Positions 40,000-51,217 of a stretch of 64,000 bases of DNA are shown here, one piece after another. The stretch is from assembly GCA_038206385.1 (NCBI GenBank), contig JBBRAW010000003.1, positions 17,211 through 81,210 of the forward strand, in the 5' to 3' direction. How positions within the stretch are numbered: position 1 is the first letter of the stretch; each line of letters opens with the position of its first letter. The position numbers were made by a program, and so were the translations under genes. A model generated the notes under the pieces. That model worked only from the letters and a program-made list of their open reading frames with translations, was not told where the DNA came from and did not search any database. Origin of the DNA: Bacteroidia bacterium (GTDB lineage Bacteria > Bacteroidota > Bacteroidia > AKYH767-A > OLB10).

Positions 40000-41883
40000 A
40001 TGCGATTAAAGCCATGGCAACCTTATCAATTATTAGTGAAGAGGCTTTCCATTGCACTTTTACTATATTCTATTTCTCGTGTCGTATTTGCACTTTGCAA
40101 CCCAGGAACTGCAATTGGTGGAGGTATCACGCCATTCATTTATGGGATCCGATATGATATTGCGGCTATTGTTATTCTAAATAGCCTATTTATCGTTCTA
40201 CACCTCTATCCTACCAAATTATTTTTTAATAAAATTTACCAAAATCTATTAGCTTTCCTTTTCCATTTCATCAACAACTTAGCGCTACTTTTTAACTATA
40301 TCGATTGTGCCTGGTTTCCCTACACACAAAAAAGAACTACAGCCGATTTCTTTACATTACTAAAAACTGGTAACGATGCAGGAAATAATATTGGTCAATA
40401 TATAGTAGATTATTGGTATATCTTATTAACGTGGTTGATTAGTATCTTTTTGGGGATTTTTCTGTACAAAAAAACGAGGTTTAATTACCACGATCAAAAA
40501 TTACCAACTCTCATAATACGAATAGTCGTTCTAATTGGTAGCGTTGCCATTTTTGTTGTAGCAGCTCGAGGCGGATTGCAATACAAACCACTTTCGGTTC
40601 AAGAAGCTGCAAGTATGACTAAACAGCAGTGTATTCCGTTAGTACTTAATACACCTTACACGCTCATCAAAAATTATAGCGCTGATCCTTTGCCCTCAGA
40701 ATTATATATGAGTACCATTCAAGCCGACCAGCTTTTCAATCCACATCAACAAATGAATCCGATAGATTCAATGGACAAAAAAAATGTGGTGATTATCATT
40801 CTTGAAAGCTTTTCGAAACAATATATTGGTGCTTTTAATAATGGAATTGGCTATACTCCATTTCTGGATTCATTGATGAAAGAAAGTTTGGTTTATACAA
40901 GAGCGTATGCAAATGGAAAAAGATCTATCGAAGGAATTCCTGCGGTTACTAGTTCAATGCCTTCGTTAATGGACGAACCATTTATTACTTCCGCATGGAA
41001 CACGAATTACATTAGTAGTATTGCCTCTACGTTGAAACCTTTAGGATATAGATCTGCTTTCTTTCACGGAGGAAATAATGGCACTATGGGATTTGTTAGT
41101 TTCTGTAATCTCATCGGATACGATGAGTATAACGGACGTAATGAATACGACGGAGCAAAAACTGATTACGATGGTAACTGGGGTATTTTTGATGAACCAT
41201 TTTATCAATTTATGATTCGTAAAATGAATAAGATGCAACAACCATTTTTGTCTACCGTATTCTCACTTTCCTCTCATCATCCGTACACTATTCCTGCTCC
41301 TTATAAAAACAAATTCCCAAAAGGAACTCAAGAGATTCATGAAAGTATCGGTTATGCTGATTTTGCATTAAAAACATTTTTCAAAGAGGCTGCGAAACAA
41401 CCTTGGTTTAAAAATACACTCTTCGTAATCACTGCGGATCATACTGGTCCGGCGAGTGGTGCATACTATACTACACGACAAGGAATATATGAAATTCCAA
41501 TTTTATTTTATGAATCTAATTCTGTTTTGAAAGGTAAATCAAACATTGTTGCTCAACAAATAGATATTTTTCCTACTGTTTTAGATTACCTTCATTACAA
41601 TGGAAAATTTAGTTCATTTGGTCAAAGTTTATTATCAAATATTCACATGCGTGGAGCAGTAAATTATATGAATAACTCATGGCAATTAATTACGTCAAAT
41701 TATTCACTGCTCTTTGATGGTACTAAGACAACAGGATTATATAATTTGAAAAATGATAGTTTATTACAAAACAATTTGAATGTTTCGCTTGCAGATACTG
41801 TTCGTTATTATGAGCCATTTCTTAAAGCTATATTACAACAATACAGACAAGGTTTAATTCATAATACCATCGTTAAGAAGTGA
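40000..41883 (+). CDS. LTA synthase family protein (polytopic N-terminal domain + sulfatase/alkaline-phosphatase-superfamily domain)
   Basis: 5 N-terminal TM helices, then sulfatase-fold motifs ('ILESF', 'ITADHTG'). Confidence 0.75.
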   Translation: MRLKPWQPYQLLVKRLSIALLLYSISRVVFALCNPGTAIGGGITPFIYGIRYDIAAIVILNSLFIVLHLYPTKLFFNKIYQNLLAFLFHFINNLALLFNYIDCAWFPYTQKRTTADFFTLLKTGNDAGNNIGQYIVDYWYILLTWLISIFLGIFLYKKTRFNYHDQKLPTLIIRIVVLIGSVAIFVVAARGGLQYKPLSVQEAASMTKQQCIPLVLNTPYTLIKNYSADPLPSELYMSTIQADQLFNPHQQMNPIDSMDKKNVVIIILESFSKQYIGAFNNGIGYTPFLDSLMKESLVYTRAYANGKRSIEGIPAVTSSMPSLMDEPFITSAWNTNYISSIASTLKPLGYRSAFFHGGNNGTMGFVSFCNLIGYDEYNGRNEYDGAKTDYDGNWGIFDEPFYQFMIRKMNKMQQPFLSTVFSLSSHHPYTIPAPYKNKFPKGTQEIHESIGYADFALKTFFKEAAKQPWFKNTLFVITADHTGPASGAYYTTRQGIYEIPILFYESNSVLKGKSNIVAQQIDIFPTVLDYLHYNGKFSSFGQSLLSNIHMRGAVNYMNNSWQLITSNYSLLFDGTKTTGLYNLKNDSLLQNNLNVSLADTVRYYEPFLKAILQQYRQGLIHNTIVKK

Positions 41884-42755
41884 AAAAAATACGCATACTC
41901 ATCAACCCTATTGCTGGTAATGGATTAGCGCCTCGCATTGCAAAGATGGTGGATGCCTCCGGGCTCAATAACAACTACGAAGTAGAAACACAAACAACAG
42001 AATATGCTGGTCATGCAGTAGCGTTAACACGAGAAGCAGTTCAACAAGAGTATGCTGCTGTGATTGCTGTTGGTGGTGATGGAACTGTTAACGAAGTTGC
42101 CTCTTCATTAGTTGGAACGAATACAAGTTTAGGGATCATACCAGCAGGATCTGGAAATGGATTAGCGCGTCATATTGGAATGAATTTGAATCCGCATAAA
42201 GGATTGATGCAATTGAATACTGCAAAAATTGAAGCTATTGATAGCTTAAAAATCAATGATCGATTTGCTGTTAATGTTTCAGGATTTGGATTTGATGGTT
42301 ATGTAGCATGGCTTTTTAATAAATCTAAAAAACGTGGATTAAGTACCTATGCAAAAATCGGCGTTCAAGAATATTTTCGTTATCCACCTGCTGATTTTAA
42401 AATAAATATTGATGGGAAAGATTACGAGCATTCAGCAACCATGTTGGTGATTGCAAATGCTTCACAGTTTGGCAACGCCGCAGTGATTGCTCCTCGTGCT
42501 GATTTGCATGATGGACTACTTGATTTAGTTGCTGTACGTCGGCCAGGAATTTTGCATTTGCCGCAAATGTTTTTTCGTTTGTTTAATGGGACATTGAAAG
42601 ATAATAATTATTTAAAAACATATCACTGCAAAAAATTTACTGCTATCGCATCAAGACCATTGCATTTACATATTGATGGTGAAGCAGTAGATCCAATCAG
42701 TAAAATTGATGTTGAATTATTTCCTGCATCTTTAAAAGTTTTAATGCCAAAATAA
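41880..42755 (+). CDS. diacylglycerol kinase family lipid kinase (YegS-like)
   Basis: 'IAVGGDGTVNEV' DAGK catalytic-domain motif. 'IPAGSGNGLAR'. Confidence 0.85.
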   Translation: MKKIRILINPIAGNGLAPRIAKMVDASGLNNNYEVETQTTEYAGHAVALTREAVQQEYAAVIAVGGDGTVNEVASSLVGTNTSLGIIPAGSGNGLARHIGMNLNPHKGLMQLNTAKIEAIDSLKINDRFAVNVSGFGFDGYVAWLFNKSKKRGLSTYAKIGVQEYFRYPPADFKINIDGKDYEHSATMLVIANASQFGNAAVIAPRADLHDGLLDLVAVRRPGILHLPQMFFRLFNGTLKDNNYLKTYHCKKFTAIASRPLHLHIDGEAVDPISKIDVELFPASLKVLMPK

Positions 42756-43360
42756 TGAATGATAAAAAATTAGACGAAGGATACTGGGATAATCGCTATC
42801 GTGATGATTCATCAGCATGGGATGTAGGATTTATTTCCACGCCATTAAAAGAGTACATCGACCAATTGCAAAATAAAGAACTAAAAATTCTTATTCCAGG
42901 ATGTGGGAATTCGTATGAAGCGGAATATTTATTTAATCATGGATTTAAAAATATTTTCATCATTGATTTAGCAGATACTCCATTAGAAAATTTTGCTAAT
43001 CGAAACCCTTCTTTCCCAAAAGCGCATTTATTAAAAGGAGATTTTTTTGATCATAAAGACACGTATGATTTGATCATTGAACAAACTTTTTTCTGTGCAA
43101 TCAATCCATCATTAAGAGGTGCTTATGTTGATAAAATGCATCAATTATTAAATCCAAATGGAAAATTAGTAGGATTGCTTTTTGATTTCGAATTCGATAA
43201 GGAAGGACCTCCATTTGGTGGTAGCAAATCCGATTATATTGTATTATTTACTCCTTACTTCGAATTAAAACATTTCAAACCTGCATATAACTCCATTGAA
43301 CCGCGTTCTGGTAAGGAACTCTTCATCCTCTGTTTACGAAAAAACCGAGGGATTGACTAA
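42755..43360 (+). CDS. SAM-dependent methyltransferase (thiopurine S-methyltransferase-like)
   Basis: 'WDNRY...W' TPMT-like N-terminus. 'ILIPGCGNSYEAEYL' motif I. Confidence 0.65.
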   Translation: MNDKKLDEGYWDNRYRDDSSAWDVGFISTPLKEYIDQLQNKELKILIPGCGNSYEAEYLFNHGFKNIFIIDLADTPLENFANRNPSFPKAHLLKGDFFDHKDTYDLIIEQTFFCAINPSLRGAYVDKMHQLLNPNGKLVGLLFDFEFDKEGPPFGGSKSDYIVLFTPYFELKHFKPAYNSIEPRSGKELFILCLRKNRGID

Positions 43361-43370
43361 ATTCGCAGCA

Positions 43371-43925
43371 ATGCTAAAACGATTTCTCCTTATTTGTTGT
43401 CTTCTCACCCCTTGGATTTTATCTATGGGTCAGACAACGATGCAGGATAGCGATTTCATGCAGGATTACCGTCGCAGTTACTTTTCGGAAGAATTAGGAA
43501 TTGATATACCTACTAAATTCAATGTTACATTATATGACACCATCGTAAGTTGGCTTGGTACACCGTATCGGTTTGCCGGCAACTGCGAAAAAGGAATTGA
43601 TTGCTCTGGATTTGTTACCGTATTATACGATCGGGCATTGGGTCTAAAGCTTGGAGCTCGAAACGCTGCGGAAATTTATAATTTGATGGAGAAAATCGAT
43701 CCATCAGAATTGAAAGAAGGGGATCTAGTTTTTTTCAGCATCCATAAAAGAAGAATTTCGCATATTGGTGTTTATTTAAGCAACAATAAATTTGTGCATT
43801 CGAGTACTTCAAGAGGAGTTATTATCAGTGATTTAAATGAGCCTTATTATAAGCGTTATTTCGCTGGAGCAGGGCATCAAAAACCTGTTTTAGTAAATAA
43901 TTTAACACAAGCAAAGGACGAATAA
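43371..43925 (+). CDS. C40 family peptidase (NlpC/P60)
   Basis: Signal peptide. Catalytic 'GIDCSGFV'. His in 'SHIGVYL'. Start moved to MLKRF at 43371. Confidence 0.85.
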   Translation: MLKRFLLICCLLTPWILSMGQTTMQDSDFMQDYRRSYFSEELGIDIPTKFNVTLYDTIVSWLGTPYRFAGNCEKGIDCSGFVTVLYDRALGLKLGARNAAEIYNLMEKIDPSELKEGDLVFFSIHKRRISHIGVYLSNNKFVHSSTSRGVIISDLNEPYYKRYFAGAGHQKPVLVNNLTQAKDE

Positions 43926-43928
43926 AAG

Positions 43929-44435
43929 ATGCAACGTGAACCTACTTTGCTGTTAAACAGCTTACAAATTAGTCAGAAAATAAATCGAATTGCTTATCAA
44001 ATTTACGAGGATAATTTTAATGAAAACGAAATAATTATTGCAGGAATTGCCAACAGTGGATTTGTATTTGCAGAATTATTAAAGGTTGCTTTAGAAAGAA
44101 TTTCTACTATCCCATTACAACTTATTGAAATTCGACTTAACAAAGAAAATCCAATTCATTTTCAACTTACACCTCCTTTAAAGATGCAAGACTTTGACAA
44201 TAAAGTAATAATTATTGTTGATGATGTATTAAATTCAGGAAAGACGTTGATGTACAGTTTGAGACCGTTTTTAGAAGCGGAGACAAAGAAAATTAGAACT
44301 GTACTATTAGTTGATAGAGATCATAAAAGATATCCTGTAGAAGCCGATTTTGTTGGAATAACTTTAAGTACAACACTTCAAGAACATATTCGAGTGGAAT
44401 TAAAAGCTGGAAAAGAAGCCGTTTACCTTGAATAA
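43929..44435 (+). CDS. phosphoribosyltransferase family protein (PyrR-like)
   Basis: PRPP-binding 'IIIVDDVLNSGKTL'. Confidence 0.75.
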   Translation: MQREPTLLLNSLQISQKINRIAYQIYEDNFNENEIIIAGIANSGFVFAELLKVALERISTIPLQLIEIRLNKENPIHFQLTPPLKMQDFDNKVIIIVDDVLNSGKTLMYSLRPFLEAETKKIRTVLLVDRDHKRYPVEADFVGITLSTTLQEHIRVELKAGKEAVYLE

Positions 44436-44531
44436 TAAAATATTTGAGTTAATTATCTGTTAAAGCACATCTACTATGTACTTCAATGCCTTTATTTTGC
44501 AGTTAATGTATCGAAAGAAAATTGTGATTTC

Positions 44532-46391
44532 ATGATCCAGTCAAAAAAAACATATTCAACAATACCATTTGTTGCATTACTAGTTAGCCTTATCCTACTC
44601 ACAGGAAAAACTTTTTCGCAAACACCATTCTTTTCAGCTACTGCCAGCAAATCAACAGTGGGGTTAAATGAGCAGTTTCAAGTGAGCTTTAGTATCAATG
44701 GTTCAGCACGTTCATTCCAACAGCCAAATCTTACTGAATTCAATGTACTTTCTGGTCCTAACCAAAGTAATAGTATGGAGTTTAGTAATGGCAGTTTATC
44801 ACAAACACTTACCTTATCGTATATTCTTCAACCTAAGTCGGAAGGTAATTTTAAAATCGGTCCTGCATCAATAGAAGTAAACGGAAAACGTATTGCATCG
44901 AATGTTGTAAATATAACTGTGGTTAAAGGAAATGCTCCTGCTGCGCAAAATAATAAAGGTCAACAAAACAATGATGATGATAATAGTGGCATTTCCGATC
45001 GAAATATTTTTGTAAGAGCAACGGCAAATAAAACGAGTGCATATATAGGTGAGTCAGTAGTTGTATCTTTTAAATTGTATACTAATGTTTCCATGAATAG
45101 TCCTGTTGTTACGAAGATGTCGGAGTTTAATGGATTTTGGAATAAAGATATTGACATGACATCTCAGATGACGAAAGAATTAGAAAATGTTAATGGAGTA
45201 AATTACAACACCTACGAGATTAGAAAAATAGTTTTGTTTCCGCAACAAACAGGAACGCTTACTATCGATCCAACAGAATATGAAACAATAGCCCGATCAA
45301 CAGTAAAAAATAATAATCGTAGTATTGATCCCTTTAGTTTTTTCCAAGGTGGTGATCCATTTGCTGCAATGCAAGGATATCGTGATGTGAAATTTGCTTT
45401 TAAAAGTAATTCCATAAAAATTAATGTTCGTGAATTACCGCCTAACAAACCTTCCTCATTTAATGGAAGTGTAGGTAAATTAAATTTTGAGGCTTCTATT
45501 GATAAAAATTCAGTACGCGCCAACGAGCCTGTTACCTTAAAAATAAAAATATCAGGCACTGGAAATCTTAAACTTGCTGAAGCTCCAGAAATTAAATTTC
45601 CGCAAGACATCGAAACATACGACCCAAAGATTGCTGAGAATTTAAAAACAAATTTATCAGGGCTTACCGGAACAAAATCATTTGAATATTTAATTATTCC
45701 TCGGCATGAAGGAAGTTATACGATTGAACCAATTACATTTTCTTATTTTGATTTAGAGAAAAAACAATATGTTACACAACGAAGCAATACATTCACTATT
45801 AATGTAACAAGAGGAACTGGCGAACAAACTGTTGCAACAGTAATTGGTAGTAAAAGTGAATTTCAAGTTATTGGAAAAGATATACGCTATATAAAAATCA
45901 AACAACCTGACTTCACTATTTCGAGTGATAATTTTTATGGATCAATATCATTTTATGGGTTAAGTGTATCTCCACTATTATTATTTGTAGGATTGTTAGT
46001 TTATCGTAAACGTCAGGATGAAATAAATGGCAATGCTGGTTTACTAAGAATACGAAATGCTACAGTTGTTGCTAAGAAGCGTTTATTAGTTGCTGATAAA
46101 TTATTAAAATCCCAGCAATCAACTCCAGTTTATGAAGAAATTTCAAGAGCTTTATGGGGTTATGTAAGCGACAAATTATCGATTCCACTATCAGAGTTAT
46201 CAAAGGAAACGGTGTTACAAGTATTACTGCAAAATAAGGTTAGTAATACCACCGCAGATGAGTTTATCAATACGCTTCACACTTGTGAGTTCGCACGCTA
46301 TGGAGGTACCGGTACTACGGGTGAGCCTCAACAAGTTTATGATCGAGCAATAAATTTGATTACTAAATTAGAAGGAGAATTGAAGGCATGA
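44532..46391 (+). CDS. batD: BatD family protein (aerotolerance-operon type), signal peptide + C-terminal TM
   Basis: Length, N-terminal beta-rich repeated domain architecture and C-terminal membrane helix are typical of BatD. Confidence 0.7.
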   Translation: MIQSKKTYSTIPFVALLVSLILLTGKTFSQTPFFSATASKSTVGLNEQFQVSFSINGSARSFQQPNLTEFNVLSGPNQSNSMEFSNGSLSQTLTLSYILQPKSEGNFKIGPASIEVNGKRIASNVVNITVVKGNAPAAQNNKGQQNNDDDNSGISDRNIFVRATANKTSAYIGESVVVSFKLYTNVSMNSPVVTKMSEFNGFWNKDIDMTSQMTKELENVNGVNYNTYEIRKIVLFPQQTGTLTIDPTEYETIARSTVKNNNRSIDPFSFFQGGDPFAAMQGYRDVKFAFKSNSIKINVRELPPNKPSSFNGSVGKLNFEASIDKNSVRANEPVTLKIKISGTGNLKLAEAPEIKFPQDIETYDPKIAENLKTNLSGLTGTKSFEYLIIPRHEGSYTIEPITFSYFDLEKKQYVTQRSNTFTINVTRGTGEQTVATVIGSKSEFQVIGKDIRYIKIKQPDFTISSDNFYGSISFYGLSVSPLLLFVGLLVYRKRQDEINGNAGLLRIRNATVVAKKRLLVADKLLKSQQSTPVYEEISRALWGYVSDKLSIPLSELSKETVLQVLLQNKVSNTTADEFINTLHTCEFARYGGTGTTGEPQQVYDRAINLITKLEGELKA

Positions 46392-47158
46392 AAAACCATT
46401 CGATGAAAATTATTTTACTTTTAGTAATACTAAGTTTAGTATTTAGCATTTCAAATGCATCAACTCCATTACAACAATTTGAGAATGCAAACAAAGCTTA
46501 TCGATCTGGGGATTATCCAAGAGCATCGCAATTATATGAAGCGCTAATTTCTTCTGGACAACATACTCCAGAAATATATTTCAATAATGGAAATTGCTAT
46601 TACAAAATGCAAAATTTTCCGAGTGCAATATTAAATTATGAAAGAGCGAAAAGAATAGATCCTCTTGACGAAGATTTAAATTACAATTTAAAGATTGCAT
46701 ACGCAAATACTGTTGATAAAATAGAACCTATTCCATTATTATTTTATGAACGATGGGGCAATGCTTTTTTATTTTCATTCAATACTGCAACATGGTCGTG
46801 GATAGCAATTATTTTAATGTGGATTTCTCTTGCTTTTGGAATATGGTATTTATTCGCACAAACGATATCCATAAAAAAAACAAGTTTCTTATCGTCAATT
46901 AGTACCTTTATTTTAGCACTAATGATTTTTGCACTTGCCTCGTGTTCTCACAAAAAAATTTACGGACAAAAATCTGCGATTGTGATGAATGCAAATACAT
47001 ACATCAAGAGTTCTCCAGATGCGAAAAGTACGAACTTATTTATGCTCCATGGAGGAACAAAAATAGAAGTACTTGATGAGTCAATCGGATGGAAACAGAT
47101 TCGTATTGCGAATGGCAACATTGGTTGGGTTGAAGGTAAATCGGTTGCCGTTATTTAG
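46388..47158 (+). CDS. BatE-like protein: TPR repeats, TM helices, C-terminal SH3b domain
   Basis: TPR 'AYRSGDYPRASQLYEAL...YFNNGNCYYKMQNF'. SH3b 'GTKIEVLDESIGWKQIRIANGNIGWV'. Overlaps the batD stop. Confidence 0.7.
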   Translation: MKNHSMKIILLLVILSLVFSISNASTPLQQFENANKAYRSGDYPRASQLYEALISSGQHTPEIYFNNGNCYYKMQNFPSAILNYERAKRIDPLDEDLNYNLKIAYANTVDKIEPIPLLFYERWGNAFLFSFNTATWSWIAIILMWISLAFGIWYLFAQTISIKKTSFLSSISTFILALMIFALASCSHKKIYGQKSAIVMNANTYIKSSPDAKSTNLFMLHGGTKIEVLDESIGWKQIRIANGNIGWVEGKSVAVI

Positions 47159-47441
47159 GAATTTATAGATTTATCATTACCACTATTGGATCATTCGTTT
47201 TAGTAAAATCCAATTTTTCTTCTTATCGAAAATTATTTATTTATCTGAAAACAAGTAAATTTTCAACAAAATCACCTTCTTAGAACGAGCATTTACATAA
47301 TAGAAATTTTTTTCGTAATAATATTGGTTGCCATGAACTCAATTTAGCTTTTTTTCAATAATTTTATAAATCCAATAACAACCTTATCTAAACAACTCCA
47401 AATTAACAATGTCACATTGTTTAATAAAATAAATTTCTTAC

Positions 47442-47873
47442 ATGAAAATTAAATATTCCCTATTCATCATTATTCTCACAACCACGTTGAAATCCTTCGG
47501 TCAGGTTTCAAAGAAAGAACAATCGAATTATGAAAAGAATCCTATTTGGATAGCGATGATGAGTGATACACTTGCTAATTATTTCGTTGCGAATAATGCA
47601 TTTGAAAGCTATTGGAAAGTTAGACCAATTCCGATCGAAGAAGAAGATATTATTGGTCATTCGGAAATGAAAAATGGAGCGCGAAGTAATTGGTTGCAAA
47701 AACTATTTATCACTAAAAAAGAACGTCACGAGCATGAATCAGAATTGTATTCCTTTCAGTATAAGAAATTTAAAAACTGGCAACGTGCAATGAAACCTTA
47801 TGTGCAAGATGATGGAAGCATACTCACTCCTTCTCAACGTATCGCTATTTGGAAACAACAACAATCAAAATAA
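47442..47873 (+). CDS. hypothetical secreted protein
   Basis: Signal peptide. No recognisable domain. Confidence 0.45.
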   Translation: MKIKYSLFIIILTTTLKSFGQVSKKEQSNYEKNPIWIAMMSDTLANYFVANNAFESYWKVRPIPIEEEDIIGHSEMKNGARSNWLQKLFITKKERHEHESELYSFQYKKFKNWQRAMKPYVQDDGSILTPSQRIAIWKQQQSK

Positions 47874-47894
47874 TAATTAGCATTTGCACTAGTA

Positions 47895-50800
47895 ATGAAA
47901 AAAATATTTCTCCTATTAATTGTTTTATTATCGTTCAATTTATTTGTAGTTGAGGCGCAAATTTCTGCCAACTGGCACGTAACTGGACCAATAGCATTTC
48001 CAACTAATATTTCAGGACAGATAAATGGAATTGGAAGAGTAACACAAATTAAATTTCATCCAACAGATTCCAATAAAATTTACGCTACAAGTGCTTCAGG
48101 TGGATTGTGGGGAAGCATCAATGCTGGATTAAATTGGAATCATCTTGGTACAGACAATATGCCTTGGACACAATGTGCCTCTGTATGCATCGACCATACC
48201 AATGACTCCATCATTTATTTAGGAACAGGTGATCCGAATTATTATGGACAAGGATTAGGTATTTGGAAAAGTGTTGATGGTGGAATAACATTTAATCAAT
48301 CCAACGCGAACATTGGTAACAGAATGGCATTAGAACTTTTAATGGATCCATCCAACGATTCAATTTTAATTGCTGCTACCGATGATGGGATATGGAAATC
48401 GTATGACGCTGGTAATACGTGGCAAAATAAATTTACCGGAAGTTCTTTTACAGATATGAAATACAAAGGAACATCAACTGGAGATACAATTTATGCAGTT
48501 ACTTATTCCGAATATTACCAATCGGTTGATCGTGGTGAAACATGGACACAAATTACAAATGGTGTAGTTATTCCAAATGGAAATGGTGAAGGAATGCGTC
48601 TTGGAATTGGTATTGATAATCCTGATGTGATTTATTTAGGAATGGTATCTGATAGAGGCACAATTTTAAAATCAACAGATGGAGGAATGTCTTTTACAAC
48701 GGTATATCATAATCTTCAAAATAGTCTTGTTGGTTATGATACAGCCTCAACTGGGCAAGGAAATTATAATTTCGGAATTACAGTTGATCCATTAAATTCT
48801 GATCGCATATTACTTGTTTCACATTGCGTTTGGAGATCAGATGACGGAGGAATTAATTGGATTAAACTTACGGATTGGCCTTATGATTGTCATACAGATA
48901 TGCATCAGATAATTTACAATCCTTATAACCACAACAATTTATTTAATGCAAATGATGGAGGGATATTTTTGAGTCATGATGATGGTGATACGTGGGATCC
49001 ATATTGTGATGGCATTGAAGCAACTGAATGTTATCATGCAGCACAAAGCCAACTGAAAACAAATATTGTGAGTATTGGAACGCAAGATAACGGCGAACTA
49101 TTTTATGATAATAACTGGAAAACAAATCGTGGTGGAGATTGGAGTGAAAAAATGATTTATGATTTTCTAACTAATAATCGTGTTTATTATTTCAATGGCA
49201 ATAGAAGAATTATAACAGGTGGTGATCAGTCATGGGCAAATCCTGAAAGCAATCTAACAACAATGCTCTTTACTCCATTGCAACCTAATGCTGCAATCGT
49301 TGGTGGGAATGATATTTATCGAACATTTAATTTAAGTACCAATCCACCTACATGGAATAAAATTGCAACGATAAATCAAACTGTAATGGCTATGGAATTA
49401 TCTTCAACGGATAGTAATGTTTTATATGTTGTTGTTGCAGGGAATCAAATCAAACATAGTATCAATGCATTTTCACAATCACCAACTTTTACAACTACTT
49501 TTACACCAGGAAATACGAATGTAGCAACTAGTATTGCATTGGTAAAAAACAATCCAAATATTGTTTACCTAACTTGTGGAAGTAAAGTTTATCGTTCAGT
49601 AAATCAAGGAACATCATGGACAAATATTACATATAATTTGCCAAGCATAAATATTCTTAAAATATTTCATGATAATTATTCAACAAATGAATCAGTATAT
49701 GTAGGAACAGCACGTGGCGTTTATTATAAAAATGATACCATGAATACTTGGGCCAATTACTCACAAAATTTACCAACTATTTCCGACATTCAAGATTTTA
49801 TGATGATCAATGATGGAAGTCCGAATACACGATTGCGTGTTGCTTATTATGGACGTGGTGTTTGGGAGAGCGATATGTTACAACCGAATCAAATTCCAGC
49901 ATCCGACTTCGATGGTTTTCCAAGAGTAATCTGTCCAGGAAATAGCGTTAATTTTTCTGATTCATCAACACTAAATACTGCAACAAGGATTTGGAGTTTT
50001 CCTGGAGGGACGCCATCCACGGCTACAACAAAAAACGTGACTGTAGTGTATAATACTGTAGGCATTTATCCAGTTACATTAGTGTGTACTAATTTAAATG
50101 GTAGTGATACAGAAACAAAAAATAATTATATCATTGTACAACCTGCAAATGCATTACCAATAACGGAAGGGTTCGAAGGAAATTTTCTACCCTCCTATTT
50201 TAGTTTTAAAGATGATGGTGATGATGGTGTAAATTGGATGCAATCAACAACTGTTGGTGGTTATAGTTTGACTTCCAAATGTGCTTTATTTGATAATTAT
50301 AATGTTGATGCAGCAGGGAAATATGATGAACTCAGAACGGCCCAATATGATATCAGCAATGCAAATAATTTACAATTAAATTTTGATGTTGCTTATGCAG
50401 CTTATGGTAGTCCTTATAATGATTCTTTAGCAGTACTTTATTCTACAGATTGTGATAGTACTTACACATTAATTTATTTAAAAGATCCTACTGCTCTAGC
50501 TACTGCTCCTAATAATACTACGTCTACATTTGTTCCTGCTGCTAATGAATGGAGAACAGAAACTATTAATCTCACCAACTTAATTGGACAAAATAAAATC
50601 ACTTTTGCATTTCAAAATAGAGGAAACTTCGGACAAGCATTGTATATCGACAACATCAATATTAGTTCGTCAGTTGGATTAAGTGAAAGCGAAATAAAAA
50701 ATCAAAATATTTCTGTTTATCCAAATCCAACGAGTGGAATATTTTCCTTATCGATAAATAATAGCACAAAAAATTTATCTTCTTATCAAGTAATAAATAA

Positions 50801-50957
50801 TCTTGGTCAGGTTGTTTTGAAGAATAAAATTGATACTAAACAAAATCCATTAACCCAAAGCATCGACCTCTCAAAATATGGTAAAGGGGTATATCTTTTA
50901 TCAGTGATGGATAATAATGGTAATGTTTTTAAGAATGTTAAGGTTGTGGTGGATTGA
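47895..50957 (+). CDS. secreted BNR/Asp-box repeat beta-propeller protein with PKD domain and T9SS C-terminal sorting domain (GH74/sialidase-like fold)
   Basis: Seven S-x-D-x-G-x-(T/S)-(W/F) Asp-boxes (DGGITF, DAGNTW, DRGETW, DGGMSF, DGGINW, DDGDTW, NQGTSW). PKD-like segment. C-terminus 'GVYLLSVMDNNGNVFKNVKVVVD'. Confidence 0.8.
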   Translation: MKKIFLLLIVLLSFNLFVVEAQISANWHVTGPIAFPTNISGQINGIGRVTQIKFHPTDSNKIYATSASGGLWGSINAGLNWNHLGTDNMPWTQCASVCIDHTNDSIIYLGTGDPNYYGQGLGIWKSVDGGITFNQSNANIGNRMALELLMDPSNDSILIAATDDGIWKSYDAGNTWQNKFTGSSFTDMKYKGTSTGDTIYAVTYSEYYQSVDRGETWTQITNGVVIPNGNGEGMRLGIGIDNPDVIYLGMVSDRGTILKSTDGGMSFTTVYHNLQNSLVGYDTASTGQGNYNFGITVDPLNSDRILLVSHCVWRSDDGGINWIKLTDWPYDCHTDMHQIIYNPYNHNNLFNANDGGIFLSHDDGDTWDPYCDGIEATECYHAAQSQLKTNIVSIGTQDNGELFYDNNWKTNRGGDWSEKMIYDFLTNNRVYYFNGNRRIITGGDQSWANPESNLTTMLFTPLQPNAAIVGGNDIYRTFNLSTNPPTWNKIATINQTVMAMELSSTDSNVLYVVVAGNQIKHSINAFSQSPTFTTTFTPGNTNVATSIALVKNNPNIVYLTCGSKVYRSVNQGTSWTNITYNLPSINILKIFHDNYSTNESVYVGTARGVYYKNDTMNTWANYSQNLPTISDIQDFMMINDGSPNTRLRVAYYGRGVWESDMLQPNQIPASDFDGFPRVICPGNSVNFSDSSTLNTATRIWSFPGGTPSTATTKNVTVVYNTVGIYPVTLVCTNLNGSDTETKNNYIIVQPANALPITEGFEGNFLPSYFSFKDDGDDGVNWMQSTTVGGYSLTSKCALFDNYNVDAAGKYDELRTAQYDISNANNLQLNFDVAYAAYGSPYNDSLAVLYSTDCDSTYTLIYLKDPTALATAPNNTTSTFVPAANEWRTETINLTNLIGQNKITFAFQNRGNFGQALYIDNINISSSVGLSESEIKNQNISVYPNPTSGIFSLSINNSTKNLSSYQVINNLGQVVLKNKIDTKQNPLTQSIDLSKYGKGVYLLSVMDNNGNVFKNVKVVVD

Positions 50958-51003
50958 AATAGAAGTTTGATAATTACAAACCAGATATTACCCTTTCTTA
51001 AGG

Positions 51004-51217
51004 ACTTCGATTTTCTAGGCTTTGCCGCTATAACGAGGGGCTTTACCACCTCGTTAAAACATTTCACCCTTTCAGGGCTTTGACTTGCAGCTCAGAAGGG
51101 ATGTCATTCATTAAGGATTGCCTTGAAGCCCCGAAGGGGTGTCATTCTTATCCGATGGGCTGTTCCCATCGGATAAGAATAAAAACAACATAAGCCCTGA
51201 AAGGGTGAAATAAAACT
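51004..51217 (+). repeat. structured ~220-bp REP-like element, copy 1 (upstream of the transposase gene)
   Basis: Perfect 20-bp terminal IRs (51061-51080 / 51192-51211). Internal palindromes 'aacgaggg..cctcgtt', 'gccccgaaggggtg', 'ttcttatccgatggg-ctgtt-cccatcggataagaa'. Confidence 0.85.

Noticed and set aside
39806-40009. 67-aa ORF upstream of the LTA-synthase-family gene
   Set aside because: Hydrophobic low-complexity frame overlapping the promoter and 5' region. The downstream gene has its own good start (MRLKPW) at 40000.
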